Positions 52,250 to 63,684 of a stretch of 64,000 nt of DNA are shown here, in pieces. Origin of the DNA: Mobula hypostoma. Its lineage: Eukaryota. Numbering within the stretch: position 1 is the first letter of the stretch; each line of letters begins with the position of its first letter. The notes under the pieces were generated by a model. The model was not told where the DNA came from. It searched no databases and was given only the letters and a program-made list of their open reading frames with translations. The position numbers and the translations under genes were made by a program. The stretch covers positions 235,726,001 to 235,790,000 of the forward strand of contig NC_086097.1 of the NCBI RefSeq assembly GCF_963921235.1. The letters run 5' to 3'.

Positions 52250-53523
52250 CAGTTGAAGTCAAAGGTTTACATACACCTTAGCCAAACACATTTAAACTCA
52301 GTTTTTCACAATTCCTGACATTTAATCCTAGAAAACATTCTCTGTCTTAGGTCAGTTAGGATCACTACTTTATTTTAAGAATGTGAAATGTCAGAATAAT
52401 AGTAGAGAGAATGATTTATTTCAGCTTTTATTTCTTTCATCGCATTCCCAGTGGGTCAGAAGTTTACATACACTCTGTTAGTATTTGGTAGCATTGTCTT
52501 TAACTTGTTTAACTTGGGTCAAACATTTTGGGTTGCCTTCCACAAGCTTCTCACAGTAAGTTGCTGGAATTTTATTCCATTCCTCCAGAGAGAACTGGTG
52601 TAACTGAGTCAGGTTTGTAGGCCTCCTTGCTTGGACACGCTTCTTCAGTTCTGCCCACAAATTTTCTATCAGATTGAGGTCAGAAAATGATGTCAAGTCT
52701 GGTTCGTCCTTGGGAGCAATTTCCAAAGGCTTGAAGGTACCACGTTTATCTGTATAAACAATAGTACACAAGTATAAACACCATGGGACCACGCAGCCGT
52801 CATACCGCTCAGGAAGGAGACGCATTCTGTCTCCTAGAGATGAACGTACTTTGGCGTGAAAAGTGCAAATCAATCCCAGAACAACAGCAAAGGACCTTGT
52901 GAAGATGCTGTAGGAAACAGGAAGACAAGTATCTATATCCACAGTAAAATGAGTCCTATATCGACTTAACCTGAAAGGCTGCTCAGCAAGGAAGAAGCTA
53001 CTGCTCCAAAACCACCATAAAAAAGCTAGACTACAGTTTGAAAGTGCACATGGGGACAAAGATCTTACTTTTTAGAGAAATGTCCTCTGGTCTGATGAAA
53101 CAAAGATTGAACTGTTTGGCCATAATGACCATCGTTATGTTTGGAGGAAAAAGGATGAGGCTTACAAGCCAAAGAACACCATCCCAATCATGAAGCACGG
53201 GGGAGTGCTTTGCTGCAGGGGGGACTGGTGCACTTCATAAAATAGATGGCATCATGAGGAAGGAAAATCATGTGGATATATTGAAGCAACATCTCAAGAC
53301 ATCAGCCAGGAAGTTAAAGCTCGGTTGCAAATGGCTCTTCCAAATGGACATTGACCCCAAGCATACCTCCAAAGTTGTGGCAGAATTGCTTAAGGACAAC
53401 AAAGTCAAGGTATTGGAGTGACCATCACAAACCCCTGACCTCAATCCGATAGAAAACTTGTGGGCAGAACTGAAAAAGCGTGTGCGAGCAAGGAGGCCTA
53501 CAAACCTGACTCAGTTACACCAG
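52250..53523. mobile_element. Rearranged Sleeping Beauty/salmonid-type Tc1 (IR/DR): inverted right end 52250-52683, then plus-strand transposase pseudogene 52694-53523
   Basis: TA|CAGTTGAAGTC...TTTACATACAC with inner DR cagtgggtcagaagtttacatacac; peptides [81 protein letters not shown]; internal stops. Confidence 0.92.
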
Positions 53524-53842
53524 TGATGAGGGGTGATCAATGTCTTTCCATAACCATGATTGTTCTCGACAAATTTTTCCACAGCAGTGGTTTGCCATTC
53601 CCTTCCTCTGGGCTGTATCTTTACAAGATAGGTGACCCCAGCCATCATCCATATTCTTCGGAGATTGTCTGCCTGGCGTCAGTGATCGCATTACCAGGAC
53701 TTGTTGTATGCACCAGCTGCTCCCATGGCTTCACGTGACCCTGATTGGATGGGGGCTGAGCGGGTGCTACACCTTGCCCAAGGGTGACCTACAAGCTAGC
53801 AGAAGGAAGGAGTGCCTTGCACTGCCTTTGGTTGAGACGTAT
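53524..53842 (-). mobile_element. SINE-like element with RTE-type tail; second copy at about 58930-59255
   Basis: Two homologous copies; minus-strand gaaggNaatggcaaaccac motif. Confidence 0.65.
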
Positions 53843-54504
53843 AAGACCACAAGATATAGGAGCAGAATTAGGCTATTTGGCCCATCGAGTCTGCTCTGTC
53901 ATTTCATTATAGCTAATCCAATTTCCCTCTCTGTTCCAATCTCCTGCCTTCCCCCCTGTATCCCTTCATGCTCTGACCAATCAAGAATCTATCAACCTCT
54001 GCTTTAAATATACGCAAAGACTTGTCCTCCACAGCTGTCCCTGGCAAAGAACTCCACAGATTCACCGCCCTCTGGCTAAAGAAATTTCTCCTCATCTCTG
54101 TATTTCCAACCCACATCCCTGCCCAGTAGTAACTGCAAAATGATAACTTTTTTTTAGATTTAGATTTTGGATTATGAGGACACTCAGTCCTCATTTATTG
54201 TCATTAAGAAAAGCATGCATTAAAAATGATACAATGTCCCTCCAGAAATATATCACAGAAAACACAGGACAAACATAGGACTTGGCTAGATAATGAGATG
54301 ATGTAAGATGTAGCCTTCTTGATGCAGTGCTTCCTGTAGATATTATCACTGGCTGGGAGGGATATATATATTGTGCGAGAGTCCACTACTCAGGGCAGCT
54401 TAAACGCAAACAACAGGAATTCTGCAGATGCTGGAAATTAAAGCAACATACATCAAAGTTGCTGGTGAACGCAGCAGGCCAAGCAGCATCTATAGGAAGA
54501 GGCG

Positions 54505-54542
54505 CAGTCGACGTTTCAGGCCGAGACCCTTCGTCAGGACTA
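54505..54542 (-). ncRNA. Minimal type I hammerhead ribozyme motif in the PLE 3' repeat
   Basis: UAGUC-CUGACGA-AGGGUCUCGGCCU-GAAACGUC-GACUG. Confidence 0.75.
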
Positions 54543-54834
54543 ACTGAAGGAAGAGTGAGTAAGGGATTTGAAAGCTGGAGGGGGAGGGGGAGATGCAAAA
54601 TGATAGGAGAAGACAGGAGGGGCAGGGATAGAGCCGAGAGCTGGACAGGTGATAGGCAAAAGGGGATACGAGAGGATCATGGGACAGGAGGCCTAGGGAG
54701 AAAGACGGGGGGGGGGTGACCCAGAAGATGGGCAAGAGGTATATTCAGAGGGACAGAGGGAGAAAAAGGAGAGTGAGAGAAAGAATGTGTGCATAAAAAT
54801 GAGTAACAGCTGGGGTACGAGGGGGAGGTGGGGC

Positions 54835-56196
54835 CTAGCGGAAGTTAGAGAAGTCAATGTTCATGCCATCAGGTTGGAGGCTACCCAGGCGGAATATAAG
54901 GTGTTGTTCCTCCAACCTGAGTGTGGCTTCATCTTTACAGTAGAGGAGGCCGTGGATAGACATGTCAGAATGGGAATGGGATGTGGAATTAAAATGTGTG
55001 GCCACTGGGAGATCCTGCTTTCTCTGGCGGACAGAGCGTAGATGTTCAGCAAAGCGGTCTCCCAGTCTGCGTCGGGTCTCACCAATATATAAAAGGCCAC
55101 ATCGGGAGCACCGGACGCAGTATATCACCCCAGTCGACTCACAGGTGAAGTGATGCCTCACCTGGAAGGACTGTTTGGGGCCCTGAATGGTGGTAAGGGA
55201 GGAAGTGTAAGGGCATGTGTAGCACTTGTTCCGCTTACACGGATAAGTGCCAGGAGGGAGATCAGTGGGGAGGGATGGGGGGGAGGAATGGACAAGGGAG
55301 TTGTGTAGGGAGCGATCCCTGCGGAATGCAGAGAGAGGCGGGGAGGGAAAGATGTGCTTAGTGGTGGGATCCCGTTGGAGGTGGCGGAAGTTACGGAGAA
55401 TAATATGTTGGACACGGAGGCTGGTGGGGTGGTAGGTGAGGACCAGGGGAACCCTATTCCTAGTGGGGTGGTGGGAGGATGGAGTGAGAGCAGATGTACG
55501 TGAAATGGAGGAGATGCGTTTAAGAGCAGAGTTGATAGTGGAGGAAGGGAAGCCCCTTTCTTTAAAAAATGAAGACATCTCCCTCGTCCTAGAATGAAAA
55601 GCCTCATCCTGAGAGCAGATGCGGCGGAGACGGAGGAATTGCGAGAAGGGGATGGCGTTTTTGCAAGAGACAGGGTGAGAAGAGGAATAGTCCAGATAGC
55701 TGTGAGAGTCAGTAGGCTTATAGTAGATATCAGTGGATAAGCTGTCTCCAGAGACAGAGACAGAAAGATCTAGAAAGGGGAGGGAGGTGTCGGAAATAGA
55801 CCAGGTAAACTTGAGGGCAGGGTGAAAGTTGGAGGCAAAGTTAATAACGTCAACGAGTTCTGCATGCGTGCAGGAAGCAGCGCCAATGCAGTCGTCGATA
55901 TAGCGAAGGAAAAGTGGGGGACAGATACCAGAATAGGCACGGAACATAGATTGTTCCACAAACCCAACAAAAAGGCAGGCATAGCTAGGACCCATACGGG
56001 TGCCCATAGCTACACCTTTAGTTTGGAGGAAATGGGAGGAGCAAAAGGAGAAATTATTAAGAGTAAGGACTAATTCCGCTAGACGGAGCAGAGTGGTGGT
56101 AGAGGGGAACTGATTAGGTCTGGAATCCAAAAAGAAGCGTAGAGCTTTGAGACCTTCCTGATGGGGGATGGAAGTATATAAGGACTGGACATCCAA
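54835..56196 (-). CDS. PLE reverse transcriptase plus GIY-YIG endonuclease (partial; upstream frameshift near 56359, N-terminal deletion near 56565)
   Basis: DVQSLYTSIP, QTKGVAMGTRMGPSYA, RYIDD, Cys linker CKRNKCYTC, GVIYCVRCSRCGLLYIGET...RFAEH. Confidence 0.9.
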   Translation of the reverse strand: MDVQSLYTSIPHQEGLKALRFFLDSRPNQFPSTTTLLRLAELVLTLNNFSFCSSHFLQTKGVAMGTRMGPSYACLFVGFVEQSMFRAYSGICPPLFLRYIDDCIGAASCTHAELVDVINFASNFHPALKFTWSISDTSLPFLDLSVSVSGDSLSTDIYYKPTDSHSYLDYSSSHPVSCKNAIPFSQFLRLRRICSQDEAFHSRTREMSSFFKERGFPSSTINSALKRISSISRTSALTPSSHHPTRNRVPLVLTYHPTSLRVQHIILRNFRHLQRDPTTKHIFPSPPLSAFRRDRSLHNSLVHSSPPSLPTDLPPGTYPCKRNKCYTCPYTSSLTTIQGPKQSFQVRHHFTCESTGVIYCVRCSRCGLLYIGETRRRLGDRFAEHLRSVRQRKQDLPVATHFNSTSHSHSDMSIHGLLYCKDEATLRLEEQHLIFRLGSLQPDGMNIDFSNFR

Positions 56197-56829
56197 GGTG
56201 AAAATAAAGCGGTGGGGGCCAGGGAACTTAAAATCATCGAAAAGTTTAAGAGCGTGAGAAGTGTCACGAACATAGGTCGGAAGGGATTGAACAAGGGGTG
56301 ATAAAACAGTGTCGAGGTATGCAGAAACGAGTTCGGTGGGGCAGGAGCAAGCTGAGACATAGGTCGGCCAGGACAGGCAGGTTTGTGGATCTTGGGTAGG
56401 AGGTAGAAACGGGAAGTGCGGGGTGTGGGAACTATAAGGTTGGTAGCAGTGGATGGGAGATCCCCTGAGCGGATAAAGTCGTTGATAGTGTGGGAAACAA
56501 TGGCCTGGTGCTCCTTGGTGGGGTCACGATCGAGGGGTAAATAAGAGGAGGTATCCGTGAGTTTCGAAAAGTTGAAGAGCCGAAGAAATTACAGATGGGG
56601 AGCAGTGAGAGATGGTTTCACTGAACTCCCGTCGAAGAGAGGATCTAAACTTCTTCGGTGTAGGCATCACCGGAAGAGGCTTCGCAGTAGTGAATTTAAA
56701 CGCAAACAACAGGAATTCTGCAGATGCTGGAAATTACTCAGGGCAGCTGCTAGGATGGGATGGGTATGAAAGGCTATGGTCTGGACGCAGGTCAATAGGA
56801 CTAGGGAGAATAACTGTTTGGTACAGCTT

Positions 56830-57035
56830 GGGCTGGCTGGTGGTGTTGGGGCATCAGCACTGGACTTCTGGGCAGATATGCTCAAACCCCAACTGGGTCC
56901 CAACCTGGGCAGCAGCAGCATCTGGGCGGAAGAAAGGCCTAGCAATCTGCTTCTGTATCTTGCCATGAAAACCCTTTCGACCCTCTGGTCCATGAAGTCA
57001 CAAAGAGTCAGCCTCGACTAAACGATTGAACAACA
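56830..57035 (+). mobile_element. SINE/LINE tail resembling the BovB-RTE 3' end
   Basis: gtccatgaagtcacaaagagtcagcctcgactaaacgattgaac resembles the BovB-type terminus. Confidence 0.5.
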
Positions 57036-57234
57036 AACAGGGGATAGGGCCTGTTATTGGGCTCCACTGCTCTATGACTCCAAAAGAAATTGCTTTGAAT
57101 TTATGCAGATTAACAAGTAGGGAAATTAGGCAAAATTTGACATCCTGATGAAAGTCTTGGGCTGCATTGTTATACCACTTCATGATCTGATGCAAGTTGA
57201 TTACCCAAATATCACACATCATTTGAATTGCCAA

Positions 57235-57412
57235 GAGTTGTGTAAAAGAGCAATTTTAGCAGCAAGTTCAGTTCATGAATAAAGATCTCCTTTCAAAGCT
57301 TCCTGAACAACCTGCACCAAATAAACCTATTGACAGCAAGACAGACATTGATGAGGCTGTACAATTTCCTGTTGAATGTTTAAGCTGTCAGTCACCACCT
57401 CAAAGTCTCAAA
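57235..57412 (+). mobile_element. Helitron PIF1-like helicase relic
   Basis: LCKRAILA (frameshift) MNKDLLSKLP...IDS..DIDEAVQFPVECL..Q.PP follows the Helitron ERAILAP.N...IN..LP...SID....A..YP.EFLN..PP pattern. Confidence 0.6.
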
Positions 57413-57504
57413 ATCGACTTTATTGTCATTTGTGTCAGTCCATTTATGCACAGGAAAAGCTTACCTGCAACAGTATCACAGGCACATAGCATTATATTCA
57501 TTTA

Positions 57505-57745
57505 TTTATTTAAAGATACAGCAAAGGAACTGGCCCTTCCAGACCAATGAGGCTGCACTGCTCAATTACACCATTGTGACCAAATAACTTGATAAACTGT
57601 ACATCTTTGGCATGTGGATAGAAACCAGAGCACCCAGAGGAAGCCCACATGGTCACAGGGAGAACGTACAAACTCCTTCCAGGCAGCATTGGGAAATGGA
57701 CCTGGCTCACTGATGCTGTAAAGAGTTGCACCAACCACTACACCT
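57505..57745 (-). mobile_element. V-SINE (HE1-like)
   Basis: Minus strand ggtgtagtggttggtgc head; V-domain gttctccctgtgaccatgtgggcttcctctgggtgctctggtttc. Confidence 0.75.
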
Positions 57746-57796
57746 CTGAGCTGCATATAGGCACCATTCACAAGAAAAACATAAATAAACATATTA

Positions 57797-57899
57797 GAGT
57801 CCTGACGAAGGGTCTCGGCCTGAAACGTCGACTGCACCTCTTCCTACAGATGCTGCCTGGCCTGTTGCGTTCACCAGCAACTTTGATGTGTGTTGGTTG
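57797..57899 (+). mobile_element. 103-bp Neptune PLE mini-insertion consisting of the hammerhead motif plus tail
   Basis: Perfect 13-bp TSD AATAAACATATTA (57784-57796, 57900-57912). Confidence 0.85.
57798..57833 (+). ncRNA. Minimal type I hammerhead ribozyme motif
   Basis: AGUC-CUGACGA-AGGGUCUCGGCCU-GAAACGUC-GACU. Confidence 0.75.
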
Positions 57900-57999
57900 A
57901 ATAAACATATTATATATGCTTTCTTGCAAGAAAACACAATTTGAATAAAACTAAATATTTTCTTTAAAGTAGTCAAAGACAGCCGCTATACATTATTAG

Positions 58000-58790
58000 G
58001 AGTTTGAAGAGATTTGGCTTGTCAACAAATACACACAAAAACTTCTATAGTTGTACCGTGGCGAGCACTCTGACAGGCTGCACCACTGTCTGGTATGGAG
58101 ACAGGACTGAAAGAAACTGCAGAAGGTTGTAAATCTAGTCAGCTCCACCTTGAGCACAAGCCTACAAAGTAAACACAAAATACTCTGCAGATGCTGGGGT
58201 CAAAGCAACACTCACAACACGCTGGAGGATCTCAGCAGATCGGGCAGCATCCGTGGAAACGAACAGTCAGGGTTTCGGGCCGAGACCCTTCATCAGGACT
58301 GAAGAGGGAGGGGGCAGGGGCTGGGGAGGGTGGGAAGGAAAAGGCAGATAGGTGCCAGGTGAAAAGCCTACAAATTACCTAGAACCTCTTTAGGGAGCAG
58401 TGGCTCAGAAAGGCAGCGTCCATTATTTAGGACCTCCGGCACCCAGGGCTTGTTACCATCAGGTAGGAGGTGCAGAAGCCTGAAAGCACACCCTCAGCAA
58501 TTTAGGAACAGCTTCTTCCCCTCTGCCATCCAATTCCTAAATGGACATTGAAGCTTTGGACACTACCTCACTTTTTTAGTATACAGTATTTCTGTTTTTG
58601 CACACTTAAAAAAATCCATTCAATATACATAATTGATTTACTTGTTTATTTATTATTATATCTTATTTTACTTACTGTTATTATTTTTTTTCTCTCTCTA
58701 CTAGATTATGTATTACATTGAACTGCTGCTGCTAAGTTAACAAATTTCACATCACATGCCGGTGATAATAAACCTGATTCTGATTCCGAT
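58000..58790 (+). mobile_element. Rex1/Babar 3' fragment with nested Neptune PLE 3' end (58169-58363, minus)
   Basis: Rex1 tail gataataaacctgattctgattc; PLE flanked by AAGCCTACAAA at 58158-58168 and 58364-58374. Confidence 0.8.
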
Positions 58791-59637
58791 TCAAAGTGTT
58801 GATCGTGTTTTTAACTGCAGTGATTTGGGTTTTGCCATTTGGTTCAAGAACAAAATGGTTGAAGGGAATTAGTGTTCTTGATCATGTTGCTGTGAGACAT
58901 CAGGTTCCTCTACCTCCTGCCTATTTGTTCATTCTGTGTGATGTTATATGACATGGGTAATCATGGTCTTTCCATGATTATGATTGTTCTGACAAATTTT
59001 TCTCCAGAAGTGGTTTGCCATTGCATTCTTCTGGGCAGTGTCTTTACAAGATGGGTGACCCCAGCTATTATCAATGCTCTTTAGAGATTGTCTGCTTGGA
59101 GTCAGTAGTCATGTAACCAGAACTTGAGACCATCCACCACCTGCTCCCACGTGACCCTGATCAGGGGGCTAAGCAGGTGCTACACCTTGTCCAAGGGTGA
59201 TCTACAAGCTAGCAGAGGGAAGGAGCACCTTACACCTCCTTTGGTAGAGACCCCACTATCCACGATGATCATTATAACTGTACAATTATAGTTAACAACA
59301 CACTGATCTAAGAAACAAGTTTTTATCCCTGACTTCCTTATTTAAAAGCCTTCTGTCAATGAATATCCATATGCAGTCTCCTCTTCAACAAAAGAAAATC
59401 ACCTATTCTTGTGGAAGAACTTCTTGCATTTTCTCTAATCATGTTTCGCTGTATTAACTTTAGCTTCATCTAGTGGATGAGAAATCGCAGTTTATGCAGC
59501 TGTAATTTCCCGAGATGCTTTACTTGTTTGCACACAATTCATAGCACTCCCACAACTGCTCAAAATCCCTACTCCAATGATTGTGAATTTAGTCTGGAAG
59601 CTCGCTGTTTCCACCGGCTCTGAGCCTACCAAAGACA

Positions 59638-60025
59638 AGATATATTGACTTTGCAGTAAATGGCATTAAAGGGCCAACTTCATTCAGACAAGTCATGACG
59701 AAGAGGGCTATAATGTTCTCATTATGGTCTTAGATTCAAAATTATGGGAGTCAAAGGGATGTTTCTCAGTGCATTTACCTGGAAGAACTATGTTTGAATG
59801 GTTTGAAAGCTGGCTGCTTCATAGAGGACAGAAATTTGGAATAACTGTGTCCTTTATAGACTGGAAGGAGGTAACGAGTGTGGAGTACCGCAGGGGTCAC
59901 TTCACTATTAACTTGATTGACCTGGAGAAAGGAAAAGTATGTAATGCTCCCAGATTTGTTGATGAATGGAAAGCAGGTTTATTGTAATAAAAATGTAGCA
60001 ATTCTATGACAGGATGTAGATAGAT
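59638..60025 (+). repeat. Copy B of an old dispersed duplication (copy A 41385-41775)
   Basis: Collinear similarity. Confidence 0.85.
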
Positions 60026-61254
60026 TGAGTGAGCTGACAAAGAACTGGTAATTAGATTTTAATGAGGGGAAGTGTGATGCCCTGAAGTTTGGTATGAAAA
60101 ATCAAAAGGGAGATTGGTGAGAGAGAAGTGCAAATGGATAATGGTGTTCTCGTGCATGAAACACAAAAAGCTAGGATAGCTCTCACAACTACAGGGCTCC
60201 CTGTGAGGTCTGAGTTATAGGAATCAAACTTTACACACATTCATCCATAAATATGAAGAGAAAGGAACAGTCGCTATCCAGTCATCACGTGAGAAGTTTT
60301 CAAGAAAGATTGAATGGCCTGTGTCACACCTCGCTATCAGGGGTGGGTAAGTGTGCCCAATGAGGGTCCCTAGTTGGAAGTAAACAGATGATAGGCCACA
60401 ACAGCACATTAGTGCAAAGGGGTTTTATTTAGTGGCAGGTGAAAAAAAGAGCAAAAAAACTTACAAAAATACTGGGGCTTTCTCCACAATACATTTTGTT
60501 GTTAACTTTCCAAAGTACAACTGTCAAATCCAACCTCCACCACCAAACTGTGGGTGTAAGTCTGCCTGCGTAGGGTGTGGTGCGCCTGCTCCCACTAACC
60601 AGGCATTATTTTAGGACGCCCCAAACTGTCCCTTGGGTCTTTTGGAGCCATTCTGCTGTCTACAAACCAGTGTAATGGTGTGAGTGAAAATAAGTGAAAC
60701 TGTTCGCAATCCCTGTGTCTAGAATCCTTATTTTTATGAGTAATAAACCAGTAGAGCACATTAACTGAAGGGATTGTTTTAATTAGCCAAGCCAGCGATT
60801 GTTTTACTATTGGGGTGTATGAATGGTAACTCCCAAGAACTGCAGACAGGAAGGCAAGGTGTGTGAACTACCGGGGAAACTAGACCAAGGACAGAACAAG
60901 CAGGAGTGACTAACTGGGAAAAGGGGCAAGGTTAGCGGAAGAGTTAGTACTGCCAACCTGTTCTGTCACATTCTGCACCTTACATCTCTCCAAAATCATT
61001 CACCTCCTCACCTGCCTCTTTATTTCATGAATCATCTACTACATCCCTTTTATTTAACCCAAATTACAAGTTGATTACTTCTTATTGCTGCCGACATTTA
61101 TAAGTGATGTTTTGTTTGCCTGACAAATTATATTAAAATGCTTTGTTGTATCCTTTAAATGTTCCATTAATTTATTTATGAGCAGTGTTTGGGTAAATGT
61201 AGACGATATCGGATAAAATAATGCTACTGTAGCAGTGTACGATCATGGATCATT

Positions 61255-61858
61255 ATCGCACAATACAGGCCCTTCGGCCTACAATGTTGTGCCAAACTTT
61301 TAACCTATTCTAAGATCAATCTAACCCTTTCCTTCTACATAACCCTCCATTTATCTGTCATCCATATGCCTATCAAAGAGTTGTTTACATACCCCTAATG
61401 TATCTGTCTCTACCACCACCCCTAGCAAGGTTTTCCACACTCTCACCACTCTGTGCAAAGAATGGACTTCTGACATTCCCTCTGTACGTTCCTCCTATCA
61501 CTAAAATTATGCCCCCTGGTATTAACCATTTCCACCATGACCTATGCCTCGTATCTTCTTGTATGTCTGTCATCCTCCTTCGCTCCAAAGAGAAAAGCCC
61601 TAACTCACTCAGCCTATCTTCATATGACATGCCCTCAAGGTCAGGCGACATCCTGGTATATCTCCTCTGCACTTTCTCTAAATCTTCCACATCCTTCCTA
61701 TAATGAAGTGACCAGAACTGAGAAAAACTTTCCAAGTATGGTCTAACCAAGGTTTTATAGAGCTGTAGCATCACCTCCTGGCTCTTGAAATCAATCCCCC
61801 GATTATTAAAGGCCGACACACCATGCACCTTCTTAACAATCTTATCAACTTGCATGGC
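61255..61858 (-). mobile_element. CR1 3' fragment
   Basis: LYKTLVRPYLE..SQFWS.HYRKDV..LEKVQRR. Confidence 0.85.
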
Positions 61859-62199
61859 TTTATACAGTAACTACAGAAAATGAATGACAGCACAATGCAG
61901 TACTGAGAGGAAATGAAGTGTTTTACCAGGAAGGTGAGCTAAAATCAAAAGTCAAAATTCTTGAAAATGCTTCCATTTAATAGGCATGATAATATTTGAA
62001 TGATCATTCAAAATTAAACACATATTTAACATGTACAGTCAAAGGTTTAACTTCTTTGAGCCATTTTGGATCATGGCACAAACATTTTCAGAACAATAGA
62101 TCCATTTAAACTAATAAACTCAGAAATGACTGGGAGTATGACTGGTTAAGCATGACTTTTATAAAATAGAAGTAGTTTAGAGCTTGAATCAACATAAAA

Positions 62200-63195
62200 T
62201 TATCAACGTTCAAAGTGAATTTTTATCAAACTACATTTATGTCACCATATACTACCCCAAGATTTATTTTCTTGCGGCATTCACAGTAGATACAGAAACA
62301 CACAATGGAATCAATGAAAACTACGAAGGTTGACAATCAACCAATGTACAAAACAAGACAAACTATGCAACTCAAAAATAGAAACAAGTAATAATAGTAA
62401 TGATAAGTAAATAAACATATAAGTAAGTAAGTAAATAAATAAATAATATTGAAAACAAAAGTTTGAAAATTAGTCCACAGATTGTAGGATCAGTTCAGTG
62501 TTGAGGTGAGTTGTTATCCACTCTGATTCGAAGCCTGATGGTTGAGGGGTAAAAACTGATCCTGAACCTGGTTGGTGTTGGAATTAATGCTCCTGAACCT
62601 CCTTCCTGATGGCAGCAGTGGGAAGAGAGCATGGCTAGAATGGGGAGATCCTTGATGATTAATGTTGCTTTTATGTAGCAGTTCTCCATAAGACCATAAT
62701 ACCACAGGAGAAGTATTAGGCCATTTGGCCCATCGAGTCTGCTTCAGCATTTCATTATGGCTGATCAAATTTTCCCCTCAGTCCCAATCTTTTATTTTGT
62801 CTCCGTGTCTCTTCATGCCCTGACCAATCATGAATCTATTAACCTCTGCCTTATTTATACATAAAGACTTGTTCTCCACAGTTGCTTGTGTCAAAGAACT
62901 CCACAGATTCACCACTCTCTGGTTAAAGAAATTCTTCCTCATCTCCATTCTAAAAGAACGTCTCTCTATTCTGAGTCTGTGTCTTCTCATCTTAGACTCT
63001 CCCACCATAAGAAACCTCTTTTCCACATCTAATCTATCAAGGCCTTTCACCATCATTCAATAGGTTTCAATGAGGTCACCCCTCATTCTTCTGAATTCTA
63101 GTGAATACTGACCCAGAGCCATCAAATGCTCTTCATACTCCTTGTAGATGTGCTCAATGGTGGGGAGGGTTTTTCCTGTGATGGACTGGGTTGTG
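62200..63195 (-). mobile_element. Rex1 3' fragment with nested CR1 3' end (about 62690-63135)
   Basis: HALFPLLPSGRRFRS; RKNFFNQRVVNLWSSL. Confidence 0.75.
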
Positions 63196-63684
63196 TAGTG
63201 AGAAGCCAGGAATCACTTTGGAATCGCTCAGTCATTTAAATACAATGCTTCTACATTGGAACCAAGAGTTATGATCCCATGGAATAGCTACACTGAATTA
63301 TATCCATTTAGATTGCTATTTCCAGAATTTTAATTAAAATGCATGCACAGTCATGAAAGCAAAGAGCCAACTATCTTCTGTTTGGTTTGGAAAGAAAATG
63401 TACACGTTAATTGCCTTTGAAAAGCTTATGATAAAATGAATGTGAAATGGATTGTCTACTTAGGCAAAATAAATCAATAGTTCAACACTTCTAAAAATGG
63501 TATTTCCCTTATTTAATCATATTTAATCTCTGGAAGTATTCAAATTGCTTTGTTGGCAGAAGGCAATCTCAAAGTGGTGAAACATAACGTATTGAACATA
63601 AAGGTAGCAAGGACAAATCCTAAGTAATTCAGTTCTGAATTTATGGGCCTAGATTAAAATACTGATTAAAAATACAGATTAAAA

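Larger units (their letters stand above)
54401..56734 (-). mobile_element. Young, internally deleted Neptune-clade Penelope-like retroelement
   Basis: Perfect 14-bp TSD TACTCAGGGCAGCT (54387-54400, 56735-56748); direct terminal repeat taaacgcaaacaacaggaattctgcagatgctggaaatt at both ends; RT-GIY-YIG ORF. Confidence 0.95.

Noticed and set aside
52478..53059. 193-aa minus-strand ORF as a novel protein
   Set aside because: Chimera of antisense transposase and true C-terminus across the inversion junction
60322..61040. Possible LTR starting TGTCAC
   Set aside because: No matching end or TSD identified
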